Positions 36,843-46,150 of a stretch of 64,000 bases of DNA are shown here, one piece after another. The translations under genes and the position numbers were made by a program. The DNA comes from Chitinophagaceae bacterium (lineage in GTDB: Bacteria > Bacteroidota > Bacteroidia > Chitinophagales > Chitinophagaceae). The notes beneath the pieces were generated by a model. The model was given only the letters and a program-made list of their open reading frames with translations, was not told the DNA's origin and did not search any database. Where the stretch lies: NCBI GenBank assembly GCA_016787135.1, contig JAEUVK010000083.1:2633-66632 (forward strand). Reading direction: 5' to 3'. The number at the start of each line of letters is the position of its first letter. The stretch's first letter is position 1.

Positions 36843-37805
36843 ATGAGTTCATCTATCAAACAAACAGCCCTTAGTACCATTGAGTTGGAAGCCGCTTCAA
36901 TCGCCGGGTTATCTGTTTTTATAAATGATGATTTCGAAAAAGCCGTAAGGGTAATCGCTGGCTGCCCCGGAAGAGTGGTTGTTAGCGGCATCGGCAAAAG
37001 CGCTGTGATTGCGCAAAAAATCGTTGCTACGTTTAACTCCACTGGTACTCCTTCTGTTTTTATGCATGCTGCTGATGCCATACACGGTGATCTTGGAATG
37101 GTGTTACAGAACGATGTGGTGATTATTCTCAGTAAAAGCGGCGAAAGTCCTGAAATAAAAGTCCTGGTTCCGTTAATAAAGAATTTCCGCAATACGCTTA
37201 TTGCTATCGTAGGTAACACAGAATCTTACCTGGCCAAACAATCCGACATCATTCTTAATACTACCGTGCCGCAGGAAGCATGCCCGAATAACCTGGCGCC
37301 AACATCCAGCACAACCGCACAATTAGTAATGGGTGATGCACTGGCCATCTGTCTCATGGAGCTAAACGGTTTTCAATCGGATGATTTTGCCAAGTTTCAT
37401 CCGGGAGGTGCGCTGGGTAAAAGATTATACTTACGGGTATCCGATCTTTATATTAATAATGAACAACCGAAAGTCTATGCTTTTCAGACGCTGAAGGAGG
37501 CCATTGTAGAAATGACAAAGAAGCGGCTTGGTATTACGGCTGTGGTGGACAATGAGAATAATTTACTGGGAATCATTACCGATGGTGACCTGAGAAGAAT
37601 GCTGGAAAAAAGTGTAGCGATCGGAGAAACCAAAGTGCTCGGCATCATGACCAGTAACCCTAAAACAATCGAACCGGATATGCTGGCTGTGGATGCGTTG
37701 GATATTTTGAGGAAAAACGAGATAAGCCAGTTGGTGGTAGTAGAAAAAGGGAAATATCTCGGTATTATACATATACACGATCTGATAAGAGAAGGATTAA
37801 TTTAA
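36843..37805 (+). CDS. kpsF: Arabinose-5-phosphate isomerase (KpsF/GutQ family; SIS + tandem CBS)
   Basis: In the ORF track 36837..37805, the ATG lies at 36843. Recognisable segments are GRVVVSGIGKS, LSKSGES and a C-terminal CBS pair. Confidence 0.9.
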   Translation: MSSSIKQTALSTIELEAASIAGLSVFINDDFEKAVRVIAGCPGRVVVSGIGKSAVIAQKIVATFNSTGTPSVFMHAADAIHGDLGMVLQNDVVIILSKSGESPEIKVLVPLIKNFRNTLIAIVGNTESYLAKQSDIILNTTVPQEACPNNLAPTSSTTAQLVMGDALAICLMELNGFQSDDFAKFHPGGALGKRLYLRVSDLYINNEQPKVYAFQTLKEAIVEMTKKRLGITAVVDNENNLLGIITDGDLRRMLEKSVAIGETKVLGIMTSNPKTIEPDMLAVDALDILRKNEISQLVVVEKGKYLGIIHIHDLIREGLI

Positions 37806-37876
37806 CCGGTGATTAAAGAACGATGGGTGTCGGCCAAATACTACCCGCCATTCCTTTTCACCATTCACCATTCACA

Positions 37877-38959
37877 ATGAACAAACATCACTACGTAGCA
37901 ATTATGGCGGGCGGCATCGGCAGCCGCTTCTGGCCGATGAGCCGCACCAATCTGCCGAAGCAGTTCCTTGATATCCTGCATACGGGCAAAACGCTCATAC
38001 AGCAAACATTTGAACGATATAACAAACTTGTTCCAAAGGAGAATATCTTCATTGTTACGTCGCAGGAGTATGTGGATATTGTAAAAAGGCAATTGCCTTC
38101 TCTACCGGTTGAAAACATACTCGCAGAGCCCTCTAAAAAGAATACGGCGCCCTGTATTGCCTATATCGCTTTTAAACTTTTCCAAAAAGATCCGAAAGCG
38201 TTAATGATCGCTGCCCCTTCTGACAATCTTATTTTAGAAACAGACGAGTTTGTCAAAACGGCAACCACTGCGTTGAGTTTTGTGGATCACATCAATGCGC
38301 TGGTCACGATCGGCATCAAGCCTGCTTATCCCAACACCGGCTACGGTTATATACAACATGAAATGGCAGAAGCGGCCCCTTCTATTTATAGGGTAAAAAC
38401 ATTTACCGAAAAACCTAATATAGAGCTTGCCAAAGCTTTTGTCGCCAGCGGTGATTTTTTGTGGAATGCCGGCATCTTTACCTGGAAAGTAAAAACCCTG
38501 CTTACTGCATTTGAAAAATACCTGCCCGAGATATATGATGTATTTGCAGCAGAGAAAGATAAGCTTAATACACCCGATGAGGCCGCGGCTATTGAAGAGA
38601 TATACCCGCAATGCACCAATATCTCCATTGACTTCGGCATCATGGAAAAAGCCGATAATGTATATGTTATCCCCGCTTCTTTTTCCTGGAGTGACCTCGG
38701 CACATGGAACAGCGCCTGGGACAATATGGACAAAGATTACTTTCAGAATGCTGTAGCAGGAAACACCGTAATGGTAGTAGATGCAAAAAACTGTATGGTG
38801 CACGTGCCGGACAATAAGCTGGTCGTATTACAGGGGCTCGAAGATCACATTGTGGTGGACACGAAAGATGTACTGCTCATTTGCAAAAAAGAAAAAGAAC
38901 AGGAAATTAAAGAATATGTAGCGGAGATCAAGAGAAACAAGGGAGACAAATTTCTATAA
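37877..38959 (+). CDS. Mannose-1-phosphate guanylyltransferase
   Basis: In the ORF track 37823..38959, the ATG lies at 37877. AIMAGGIGSRFWPMSR is the nucleotidyltransferase signature. About 360 aa. Confidence 0.88.
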   Translation: MNKHHYVAIMAGGIGSRFWPMSRTNLPKQFLDILHTGKTLIQQTFERYNKLVPKENIFIVTSQEYVDIVKRQLPSLPVENILAEPSKKNTAPCIAYIAFKLFQKDPKALMIAAPSDNLILETDEFVKTATTALSFVDHINALVTIGIKPAYPNTGYGYIQHEMAEAAPSIYRVKTFTEKPNIELAKAFVASGDFLWNAGIFTWKVKTLLTAFEKYLPEIYDVFAAEKDKLNTPDEAAAIEEIYPQCTNISIDFGIMEKADNVYVIPASFSWSDLGTWNSAWDNMDKDYFQNAVAGNTVMVVDAKNCMVHVPDNKLVVLQGLEDHIVVDTKDVLLICKKEKEQEIKEYVAEIKRNKGDKFL

Positions 38960-38962
38960 TCC

Positions 38963-39307
38963 ATGTTCAAAAAACTTCGCACCGTTATCTATACTGCGAA
39001 AGATATTGCTGCTGCTAAAGAATGGTATATCAAAGCAACAGGCGTACAGCCCTATTTTGATGAGCCCTTCTATGTGGGTTTTGACATCAACGGCTTTGAG
39101 CTTGGACTTGATCCCAATGCGGCGGGCGGTAATGGAAACCAGTCAATTTCATACTGGGCCGTTGAAGATACAGACACCGCTTCAAAAAAGCTGGTATCTA
39201 TCGGCGGACAACTGATTCAGCCCAGAACAAAAGTCGGCGGAGATATTTTTGTAGCGATAGTATCCGATCCGTTCGGTAATCATATCGGCCTCATTGAAGG
39301 GGCATAA
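38963..39307 (+). CDS. VOC (glyoxalase/bleomycin resistance) family protein
   Basis: 114 aa. The size is that of a single beta-alpha-beta-beta-beta module pair, and ...DPFGNHIGLIE is a typical VOC C-terminus. Confidence 0.7.
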   Translation: MFKKLRTVIYTAKDIAAAKEWYIKATGVQPYFDEPFYVGFDINGFELGLDPNAAGGNGNQSISYWAVEDTDTASKKLVSIGGQLIQPRTKVGGDIFVAIVSDPFGNHIGLIEGA

Positions 39308-39337
39308 AAACACTACCTTTAATGACAAACCTTAACC

Positions 39338-40063
39338 ATGGCGTCGTCATTTCCTCTGGGTAATATTCTTTTTTTAGACATTGAAACCGTTCCGCAACAA
39401 CCAGGTTACGATTCTTTGCCGGAAGACTGGAAAGAATTGTGGAACACCAAATCTCTTTCACTTTTAAAATATCATGAAGGAGAAACCAGCGAATCATTGT
39501 ATCCCCGTGCGGGCATCTATGCAGAGTTTGGCAAGATCATTTGTATCAGCTGTGGTGTGATACAGGGTAACGGCGACCAGAAAAAGATCGCATTAAAATC
39601 TTTTGCCGGCGATAATGAAAAGATCTTGTTGCACGAATTTTCGGCCATGCTCAACAAATGGTCATCCGGTGAACCAAAATTTCTTTGTGCCCACAACGGA
39701 AAAGAATTTGACTTCCCCTATCTATGCCGCCGCATGATTATTAACGAGCTTCCCGTTCCGCCGATCCTGAATATATCCGGCAAAAAGCCCTGGGAAGTAA
39801 CCCACCTGGATACGATGGAGCTATGGAAATTCGGCGATTTTAAAAGCTATACTTCGCTAAACCTTCTTGCTCATACTCTCGGCATCCCTACACCAAAGGA
39901 CGACATTGATGGCAGTAAAGTATGGGAGGTGTTCTGGAAAGAAAAGAACCTTCAGCGGATCGTTATCTATTGTCAGAAAGATGTCATAACGGTGGCCCAG
40001 GTCTTTTTAAGAATGCAGGGCGAGACATTGATAAAAAATGAAAATATTGAGGTCAAGGGTTAA
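39338..40063 (+). CDS. RNase H-like 3'-5' exonuclease domain protein (PolB-exo-like)
   Basis: 241 aa. Exo I-like LFLDIETVP, HNGKEFDFPYL and Y.QKD are present. Confidence 0.7.
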   Translation: MASSFPLGNILFLDIETVPQQPGYDSLPEDWKELWNTKSLSLLKYHEGETSESLYPRAGIYAEFGKIICISCGVIQGNGDQKKIALKSFAGDNEKILLHEFSAMLNKWSSGEPKFLCAHNGKEFDFPYLCRRMIINELPVPPILNISGKKPWEVTHLDTMELWKFGDFKSYTSLNLLAHTLGIPTPKDDIDGSKVWEVFWKEKNLQRIVIYCQKDVITVAQVFLRMQGETLIKNENIEVKG

Positions 40064-40150
40064 TAGAACTTTCGCCAATTCTTATCCGCTTTAGTAACTT
40101 TGCCGGGCAGAAAAAATGAAAAACATTTTTCCCTTATAATTTCTTTATAT

Positions 40151-40537
40151 ATGGAAAGAACAAATTATTCCTCCGGCGCCAAATGGGAAGATATCGTCGG
40201 GTACAGCCGGGCCGTTAAGATCGGCAATGTTATTGAAGTAACAGGTACCGTAGCTATTGATGAACACGGCACTGTCACGGGTGTCAACAGTCCGTATATT
40301 CAAACCCGTTATGCTATTCAAAAGATCGAAGCTATCCTGCAAAAAGCAGGCGCTTCGTTAAAAGATGTGATAAGAACAAGAATGTTCGTCACCGATATTA
40401 CCCGCTGGGAAGAATATGGAAGGGCCCATGGCGAATTCTTTAAAGATATCAAGCCCTGCACTACTATGGTAGAAGTAAAAGGCCTGATCTCGCCAGAATA
40501 CCTGATAGAGATCGAAGCCACGGCTATTATAAGTTAA
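40151..40537 (+). CDS. RidA/YjgF family protein
   Basis: In the ORF track 40100..40537, the ATG at 40151 gives 128 aa. The sequence ...RTRMFVTDI...VEVKGLISPEYLIEIEATA fits this family. Confidence 0.8.
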   Translation: MERTNYSSGAKWEDIVGYSRAVKIGNVIEVTGTVAIDEHGTVTGVNSPYIQTRYAIQKIEAILQKAGASLKDVIRTRMFVTDITRWEEYGRAHGEFFKDIKPCTTMVEVKGLISPEYLIEIEATAIIS

Positions 40538-40561
40538 TAGCTACCTTAGCCCAAATAGTTA

Positions 40562-41749
40562 ATGTACATGAGAACTCTTGTTCCTCTATTATCCTTTTGC
40601 TCTCTCGTTCTGTTGTTCTCTGGTGCAGCTATTGCGCAGAATGGATCAAAGGAACGGGCAAGGGATCTTGGGATTCCTTTTGACGGAATACCCGGAAAGA
40701 ATAATTCAATTACGGATGTACCCGGCGTGGAAGTAGGTTATACTACTATCATTAAAGATACAGGCAAACTTGTCTATGGCAAAGGTCCTGTAAGAACCGG
40801 AGTAACCGTCATTCTTCCCAAAGGAAAAACGGATGGCAACTATCCTGCCGCCTGGTTCTCGCTGAATGGAGATGGTGAGTTAACCGGGTTGCCTTATATC
40901 GAAGATTACGGAATGGGTTATGGTCCTGTAGGAATTACCAACACGAACAGTGTAGGAACCGTAAAGGATGCTATAGGACAATGGAGTTTTAAAAAATTTT
41001 CCAAAGGAGATTTTGTTGATTTTTCTTTTGGCCTTCCTGTTGTAGGTGAAACCTGGGACGGTATGCTGAATGACATCAATGGTTTTCATGTAAAACAGGA
41101 ACACGTCTTGCGTGCATTGGACAGTGCAAAGGGCGGAAAGATCGCCGAAGGAAATGTAGGGGGTGGTACAGGTATGGCCTTGTATGGGTTTAAAGGAGGA
41201 AGCGGCACTGCGTCGAGAAAATTCATGATAGATTCGGTTCAATACACTCTTGGTGTTTTTGTTCAGGCCAATTTTGGCGGAAGGAATGAGTTGACCATTG
41301 CCGGCGTTCCGGTGGGTAAAGAAATAAAAGACCTGTTCCCGGTATTACATGACCCTAAAAGGAAAGACGGTTCCATTATTGTCATTGTTGCAACCGATGC
41401 GCCTCTGTTGCCGGGACAATTAAAGCTGGTAGCAAAAAGAATTACACATGGTATTGCACGCACCGGCACCTATTCACATGATGGCTCCGGAGAAATATTC
41501 TTAGCCCTCTCGACCGCAACTCCTTCTTATAACAACAAAGGCGCTAAAGAAACCTGGGCCGTATTACCCAAATGGAAGATCGATCCTGTATTCAAGGCTA
41601 CCGTGGAAGCTACCGAAGAAGCGATCATCAATGCGCTGGTGGCAGCAGAAGACATGGAAGGCATCAATCACAATAAATTTTTTGCCATTCCCCACGACAG
41701 GCTGAAAGAGGTGATGAAAAAATACAACAGGCTTGCCCCTGTAAAATAA
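40562..41749 (+). CDS. P1/S58 (DmpA-like) family aminopeptidase
   Basis: 395 aa. There is a signal peptide, and GVTVILP...GNVGGGTGM...VATDAPL are DmpA/NylC-type motifs. Confidence 0.8.
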   Translation: MYMRTLVPLLSFCSLVLLFSGAAIAQNGSKERARDLGIPFDGIPGKNNSITDVPGVEVGYTTIIKDTGKLVYGKGPVRTGVTVILPKGKTDGNYPAAWFSLNGDGELTGLPYIEDYGMGYGPVGITNTNSVGTVKDAIGQWSFKKFSKGDFVDFSFGLPVVGETWDGMLNDINGFHVKQEHVLRALDSAKGGKIAEGNVGGGTGMALYGFKGGSGTASRKFMIDSVQYTLGVFVQANFGGRNELTIAGVPVGKEIKDLFPVLHDPKRKDGSIIVIVATDAPLLPGQLKLVAKRITHGIARTGTYSHDGSGEIFLALSTATPSYNNKGAKETWAVLPKWKIDPVFKATVEATEEAIINALVAAEDMEGINHNKFFAIPHDRLKEVMKKYNRLAPVK

Positions 41750-41759
41750 CCGCAGCAAT

Positions 41760-42095
41760 ATGAACATTGAGCAACTGCGCGGCTACTGCTTATCCAAATC
41801 TGGCACAGAAGAAACGTTGCCGTTTGGTCCCGATACTCTGGTGTTTAAAGTAAAAGGTAAAATGTTCCTGCTGGTGGGGCTTGATGAAAATCCGATTAGC
41901 TTTAATGTAAAATGCGATCCGGCTAAAGCTATTGAATTACGGGAAGAATATCCTTGTGTGCAACCCGGTTATCACATGAACAAGAAACACTGGAATACGG
42001 TAGTGGCAGACGGGTCTGTTCCATCAAAACTATTGAAAGAGTGGATCGATGACTCGTATGAGCTGGTAGCCGGAAAGAAAAAACAGAATGGATAG
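41760..42095 (+). CDS. MmcQ/YjbR family DNA-binding protein
   Basis: 111 aa. The sequence ...EETLPFGPDTLVFKVKGKMF...GYHMNKKHWNTV fits this family. Confidence 0.8.
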   Translation: MNIEQLRGYCLSKSGTEETLPFGPDTLVFKVKGKMFLLVGLDENPISFNVKCDPAKAIELREEYPCVQPGYHMNKKHWNTVVADGSVPSKLLKEWIDDSYELVAGKKKQNG

Positions 42096-42137
42096 AATTA
42101 ATTTTATCCTTATTTCCCAATCTTCAAATCCATTCAA

Positions 42138-43280
42138 TTGCATATCCACTCCAAACTCCCTGCTGTAGGCACCACGATCTTTACCGTTATGAGCCGGCTT
42201 GCCACCGAACACAATGCTATTAACCTCGGCCAGGGTTTCCCCGATTTTCCCATGAGCGAAGAACTCGTAACCCTGGTCAGTGAAGCCATGCAAAAAGATT
42301 TCAATCAATATGCCCCGATGCCTGGCTGGATACCACTGCGGGAATCGATCGCAGAAAAAATTGAATACCTGTATCAGGCAACAGTGGACCCGGATACGGA
42401 GATTACCATTACACCCGGTGGTACGTATGCGATCTACTCATCCCTTACAACGATATTGCAACCCGGAGATGAAGTGATCGTATTTGAACCCGCTTATGAC
42501 AGCTACATACCGAACGTAGAAGTAAATGGGGCGATTGCCGTTAAGGTTAATCTTGTTTTCCCTGATTACAGGATAGACTGGAATGCGGTGCGCAAAGCCA
42601 TTACCCCAAAAACAAAGGCCCTCCTGATCAATTCGCCGCACAACCCCACCGGCTCTGTGATCAGCGAAAAAGATATTGAACAGCTTCGTTCCATTGTCAA
42701 AGACACCAACATTTTTATCATCAGCGATGAAGTATATGAGCACCTGATCTTTGATAAACTGCCGCACCAATCCATTCTTCGTTATCCCGACCTGCTCCAA
42801 AGAAGTTTCGTCTGTTTCTCCTTCGGAAAAGTATATAACTGCACCGGCTGGAAACTGGGCTACTGTGTGGCGTCTGCAGAACTAACAAAAGAGTTCAGGA
42901 AAGTACACCAGTTCAATGCATTCTCCTGTTTTACTCCCACACAGGTTGCATTAGCCGCTTTTTTAAAAAACAAAGAGGCTTACCTGAGTCTTTCCTCTTT
43001 CATGCAGGAAAAGAAGGACTACTTCAAACAACTGATGCAGCAAACAAGATTTTCCATGCATGAATCATACGGCAGTTATTTTATTTGCGGTTCGTATGAG
43101 CGTATCAGCGATGAAAGTGATAAAGATCTGGCTATACGTATTACCAAAGAAGCCGGGGTGGCCACGATACCTGTATCTGCCTTTTACCATAACAGTAAAG
43201 ATGACAAAGTGCTCCGCTTTTGTTTTTCCAAAAAAAGGGAAACCCTGGAAACGGCCGTGGAAAGACTGATGAAAGTATAA
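42138..43280 (+). CDS. PLP-dependent aminotransferase (YbdL/methionine aminotransferase-like)
   Basis: 380 aa. NLGQGFPDF, NSPHNPTG and the lysine motif SFGKVYNCTGWKLGY are present. The predicted start codon is TTG. Confidence 0.88.
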   Translation: MHIHSKLPAVGTTIFTVMSRLATEHNAINLGQGFPDFPMSEELVTLVSEAMQKDFNQYAPMPGWIPLRESIAEKIEYLYQATVDPDTEITITPGGTYAIYSSLTTILQPGDEVIVFEPAYDSYIPNVEVNGAIAVKVNLVFPDYRIDWNAVRKAITPKTKALLINSPHNPTGSVISEKDIEQLRSIVKDTNIFIISDEVYEHLIFDKLPHQSILRYPDLLQRSFVCFSFGKVYNCTGWKLGYCVASAELTKEFRKVHQFNAFSCFTPTQVALAAFLKNKEAYLSLSSFMQEKKDYFKQLMQQTRFSMHESYGSYFICGSYERISDESDKDLAIRITKEAGVATIPVSAFYHNSKDDKVLRFCFSKKRETLETAVERLMKV

Positions 43281-43293
43281 AACGAATAATCTC

Positions 43294-44196
43294 TTGACGA
43301 TCGACAAACGATACCACGGTATTTTCTATATGCTTCTTGCAGCGCTTGGTTTTGCTACCATGGGTGGTTGCGCCAAACTGCTGAAAGGAAGTATGAATGC
43401 CGGCCAGTTGGTTTTTTACCGCAATGCTGTTGGTTTGCTGGTGTTGGTCGCCGGGTTCATGATAAAACCACCCGTGAACAAAGGAGCGAAGTTTCATCTA
43501 TTGCTGTTTCGCGGATTAATGGGAACCACGGCGCTTTATACTTTACTCTATTGCATTCTTCATTTACCCCTCGGCACCGCAATGACCTATAATCTTACAT
43601 CAGCCATCTTCATTGCGCTTTTCTCATTCGTCCTGTTTCGTGAATACAACGGGCATACAGTATTGATGGCTGTACTACTTGGCTTTACCGGCATGTTGCT
43701 GGTGTATAAGCCTGCGATCCACTTCCCCTGGTATTATCATGCTGCCGGCCTGTTATCGGGTATCACTTCTGCCGTTGCTTATATCACTGTCGGTAGGCTG
43801 AACAACTACTACGACACCCGCATCATCGTTCTTTCTTTTGTACTTACTGGCTTCCTGGCGCCGCTCCTTTTCATGACCATCCGCTATACAGGCAACATCA
43901 CGCCCGATAAAGTGTTCTTTATAGATTTCCGATGGCCGCACGGAATAGAGTGGCTATATATAGCGGGGCTCGGTCTGTTTGCCCTGTTCGGACAATATTT
44001 TGTAACGAAAGCATACGGTGCCGAAAAAGCCGGTGTGGTCTCTGCCATTGGTTATGCCAATATCGTTTTCTCTGTTTTTATTGGTATGGCCCTGGGCGAT
44101 TCCTTCCCCGACTGGATGTCACTTACCGGCATTTTTTGCATTATTTTATCCGGCGTCATCATCTCCCTTGTCAAGCGGAAAGCGTCGGCTTCCTGA
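43294..44196 (+). CDS. DMT superfamily (EamA) transporter
   Basis: 300 aa with about 10 hydrophobic helices in two EamA-like halves. Confidence 0.8.
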   Translation: MTIDKRYHGIFYMLLAALGFATMGGCAKLLKGSMNAGQLVFYRNAVGLLVLVAGFMIKPPVNKGAKFHLLLFRGLMGTTALYTLLYCILHLPLGTAMTYNLTSAIFIALFSFVLFREYNGHTVLMAVLLGFTGMLLVYKPAIHFPWYYHAAGLLSGITSAVAYITVGRLNNYYDTRIIVLSFVLTGFLAPLLFMTIRYTGNITPDKVFFIDFRWPHGIEWLYIAGLGLFALFGQYFVTKAYGAEKAGVVSAIGYANIVFSVFIGMALGDSFPDWMSLTGIFCIILSGVIISLVKRKASAS

Positions 44197-44222
44197 CCAT
44201 TCATCCATTTTTTCAGAAAATA

Positions 44223-44262
44223 TTTGTTTATCCAAAAAGTATTATCGTATATTTGCGATAAT
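44223..44262 (+). promoter_or_regulatory. ars operon promoter (-33 TTTG, -7 TATATTTG) bracketed by a 7-bp inverted repeat (candidate ArsR operator)
   Basis: TTTG at 44223-44226 and TATATTTG at 44248-44255 are separated by a 21-nt spacer. ATTATCG (44241-44247) and CGATAAT (44256-44262) flank the -7 box. Confidence 0.55.
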
Positions 44263-44335
44263 AGATGAAAGAAACAAGACCCATATACCAAACTCTATTT
44301 TGGTTCTTGTTATTTGTCATTTGCAATTTTTAAAA

Positions 44336-44668
44336 ATGGCTTTTAATAAAAAAGAAGAATTCAGCGCCAAAGAACAATCCCTGGCAGCCTTTACCAAAGC
44401 GATCAGCCACCCGGCCCGCATTGCTATATTGAATGTGCTGGCAAAAAAGAATGAATGTATCTGCGGTGAGATCGTGGATGTGTTGCCGCTGGCACAGAGT
44501 ACCGTGAGCCAGCACCTGAAAGAACTGAAGATGGCTGGTCTTATTAACGGAACGGTGGATGGCCCCCGCAGTTGCTATTGCATCAACTGGAAAGCATTTG
44601 AAAAGTTCAACAGCGACTTCAATTCACTGTTCGAAAAACTAAAAGAAGTGAACGCCAAATGTTGTTAA
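44336..44668 (+). CDS. arsR: ArsR/SmtB family metalloregulator
   Basis: The internal ATG of ORF 44018..44668 gives 110 aa. The HTH reads ISHPARIAILNVL...ECICGEI...STVSQHLKEL, with a CxC sensor pair and a C-terminal CC. Confidence 0.9.
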   Translation: MAFNKKEEFSAKEQSLAAFTKAISHPARIAILNVLAKKNECICGEIVDVLPLAQSTVSQHLKELKMAGLINGTVDGPRSCYCINWKAFEKFNSDFNSLFEKLKEVNAKCC

Positions 44669-44684
44669 CCATTTATCAAACGAC

Positions 44685-45155
44685 ATGATCACTTCCATAA
44701 CATACCGGAAAGCCGAATTGCAGGACCTGCCACGAATTAAAGAACTGCTACTAAAATCGTATCTGCCGGCTAGCGACCTCGGTGAAAGCGCCATTGATTT
44801 TATTATCGCTGAAACAGGGGACAACAACGTTGCCGGATGTATTGGCGTAGAACGCTACTGTGTTGATGGCCTGCTCCGCTCCTTTGCCGTAGATAAACTC
44901 CTGCGCAGCAAACACATCGGCAGCCGTCTTTTAAATGATCTGTTGTCTAATAGTAGGGAGAAGAACATACAACAGCTTCATCTGCTAACCACCACTGCTG
45001 AAAAATATTTTGAAAGAGCCGGGTTTATCGCTGTTGCCAGGAGCGAGGCCCCGCATTCCATTAGATCCACTACCGAATTTTCATCTTTATGCCCATCCTC
45101 TTCGGCTTATATAGTGAAGAACATTACACAACCGTTAAACATGCAAAAAGTATAG
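44685..45155 (+). CDS. GNAT acetyltransferase, ArsN2-type arsenic resistance protein
   Basis: 156 aa. The GNAT core is LRSFAV...RSKHIGSRLL. The position between arsR and arsM fits ArsN2. Confidence 0.75.
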   Translation: MITSITYRKAELQDLPRIKELLLKSYLPASDLGESAIDFIIAETGDNNVAGCIGVERYCVDGLLRSFAVDKLLRSKHIGSRLLNDLLSNSREKNIQQLHLLTTTAEKYFERAGFIAVARSEAPHSIRSTTEFSSLCPSSSAYIVKNITQPLNMQKV

Positions 45156-45157
45156 CC

Positions 45158-46012
45158 ATGAATACAAATGCAGAATTAAAAAAAGTGGTCCGTGAAAAAT
45201 ATGCGGAAATAGCCACTCAGTCAAAATCTCAAAACCTTTCTTCCTGTTGCGGCGCTACAGGTTGCTGCGGTGATGATGTGTATAACATCATGGCCGATGA
45301 TTATTCCAAACTGGAAGGATATAATCCCGATGCAGACCTTGGTCTTGGTTGCGGATTACCTACAGAATTTGCAAAGATCAAAGAAGGCGATACCGTTATT
45401 GATCTTGGAAGCGGCGCCGGCAACGATGCTTTTATTGCAAGAAAGATCACAGGTGACAAAGGCCGGGTGATTGGCATCGACTTTACCGGGCCAATGATCG
45501 ACAAAGCAAGGGCAAATGCAGACAAACTGGGTTTCAATAACGTTGAGTTCCGCCAGGGCGATATTGAAGACATCCCGGTCACTGCCAATAGAGCCGATGT
45601 GATCGTCAGCAACTGCGTGCTGAATCTCGTGCCCAACAAACATAAAGTGTTCAGCGAGATCTATCGTGTATTAAAACCCGGTGCCCACTTCTCCATTTCT
45701 GATATAGTGCTGGAAGGTGAGCTGCCTGAAAAGTGGCGGGAAGTGGCCGAAATATATGCCGGTTGCATCTCCGGGGCCATCCAGAAGAAGGAATACCTCG
45801 GCATCATCGAAGAAGCCGGTTTCCAAAACATCGCCGTGCAGAAAGACAAGACTATCACGGTACCGGATGAGATATTGCAAAGTTATTTTGACGAAGAAGA
45901 AATCGCTGCTTTTAAAAACAGCGGCACACGCATCACCAGCATTACTGTATATGCCGAAAAGCCGGCCAAAGACAGCCGTAACTGCTGCGAACCCGGAAGC
46001 AGTTGCTGTTAA
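45158..46012 (+). CDS. arsM: Arsenite S-adenosylmethionine methyltransferase ArsM
   Basis: In the ORF track 45089..46012, the ATG lies at 45158. The SAM motif is VIDLGSGAGND. Cys pairs occur in SSCCGATGCCG, and the tail CCEPGSSCC is Cys-rich. Confidence 0.9.
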   Translation: MNTNAELKKVVREKYAEIATQSKSQNLSSCCGATGCCGDDVYNIMADDYSKLEGYNPDADLGLGCGLPTEFAKIKEGDTVIDLGSGAGNDAFIARKITGDKGRVIGIDFTGPMIDKARANADKLGFNNVEFRQGDIEDIPVTANRADVIVSNCVLNLVPNKHKVFSEIYRVLKPGAHFSISDIVLEGELPEKWREVAEIYAGCISGAIQKKEYLGIIEEAGFQNIAVQKDKTITVPDEILQSYFDEEEIAAFKNSGTRITSITVYAEKPAKDSRNCCEPGSSCC

Positions 46013-46050
46013 GAAGAGTTCAGTTTTTAATCATCATAAATAGTAAAGCC

Positions 46051-46143
46051 ATGAAATCACCATCGATCATCCTGAAAGATCCGGGCGGATGCTGCGGAGC
46101 AGGAAATGAATGTTGCAACATGACCGACTGGGGTTGTTGCTAA
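46051..46143 (+). CDS. Unannotated 30-codon Cys-pair peptide ORF inside the ars operon
   Basis: The ATG at 46051 and TAA at 46141-46143 bound [30 protein letters not shown], which has three CC pairs and resembles the ArsM N-terminal CCGATGCC. It is below the 60-aa cutoff of the ORF track. Coding status is unproven. Confidence 0.4.
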   Translation: MKSPSIILKDPGGCCGAGNECCNMTDWGCC

Positions 46144-46150
46144 AAATAAA

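Noticed and set aside
2954-37868. The 11-mer TCACCATTCAC occurs both in the nusA-infB spacer (2954-2964) and, in tandem form (CACCATTCACCATTCACA), just upstream of the mannose-1-phosphate guanylyltransferase start (37858-37876). It could be a dispersed intergenic motif.
   Set aside because: Two occurrences in 64 kb are only marginally unexpected, with a chance of a few percent by rough estimate. A whole-genome motif count is needed.
44018-44335. The N-terminal extension of the arsR ORF (216-aa version), which overlaps the end of the EamA transporter gene.
   Set aside because: The extension lies in a different frame over a well-supported gene and then crosses the promoter/operator region. The ArsR fold begins at the internal ATG at 44336.
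45717-46043. Alternative-frame ORF 45717..46043 overlapping the arsM 3' end, and similar overlapping ORFs (45270..45470, 46183..46365).
   Set aside because: They lie within well-supported genes in other frames and have no recognisable motifs. They are typical spurious ORFs.
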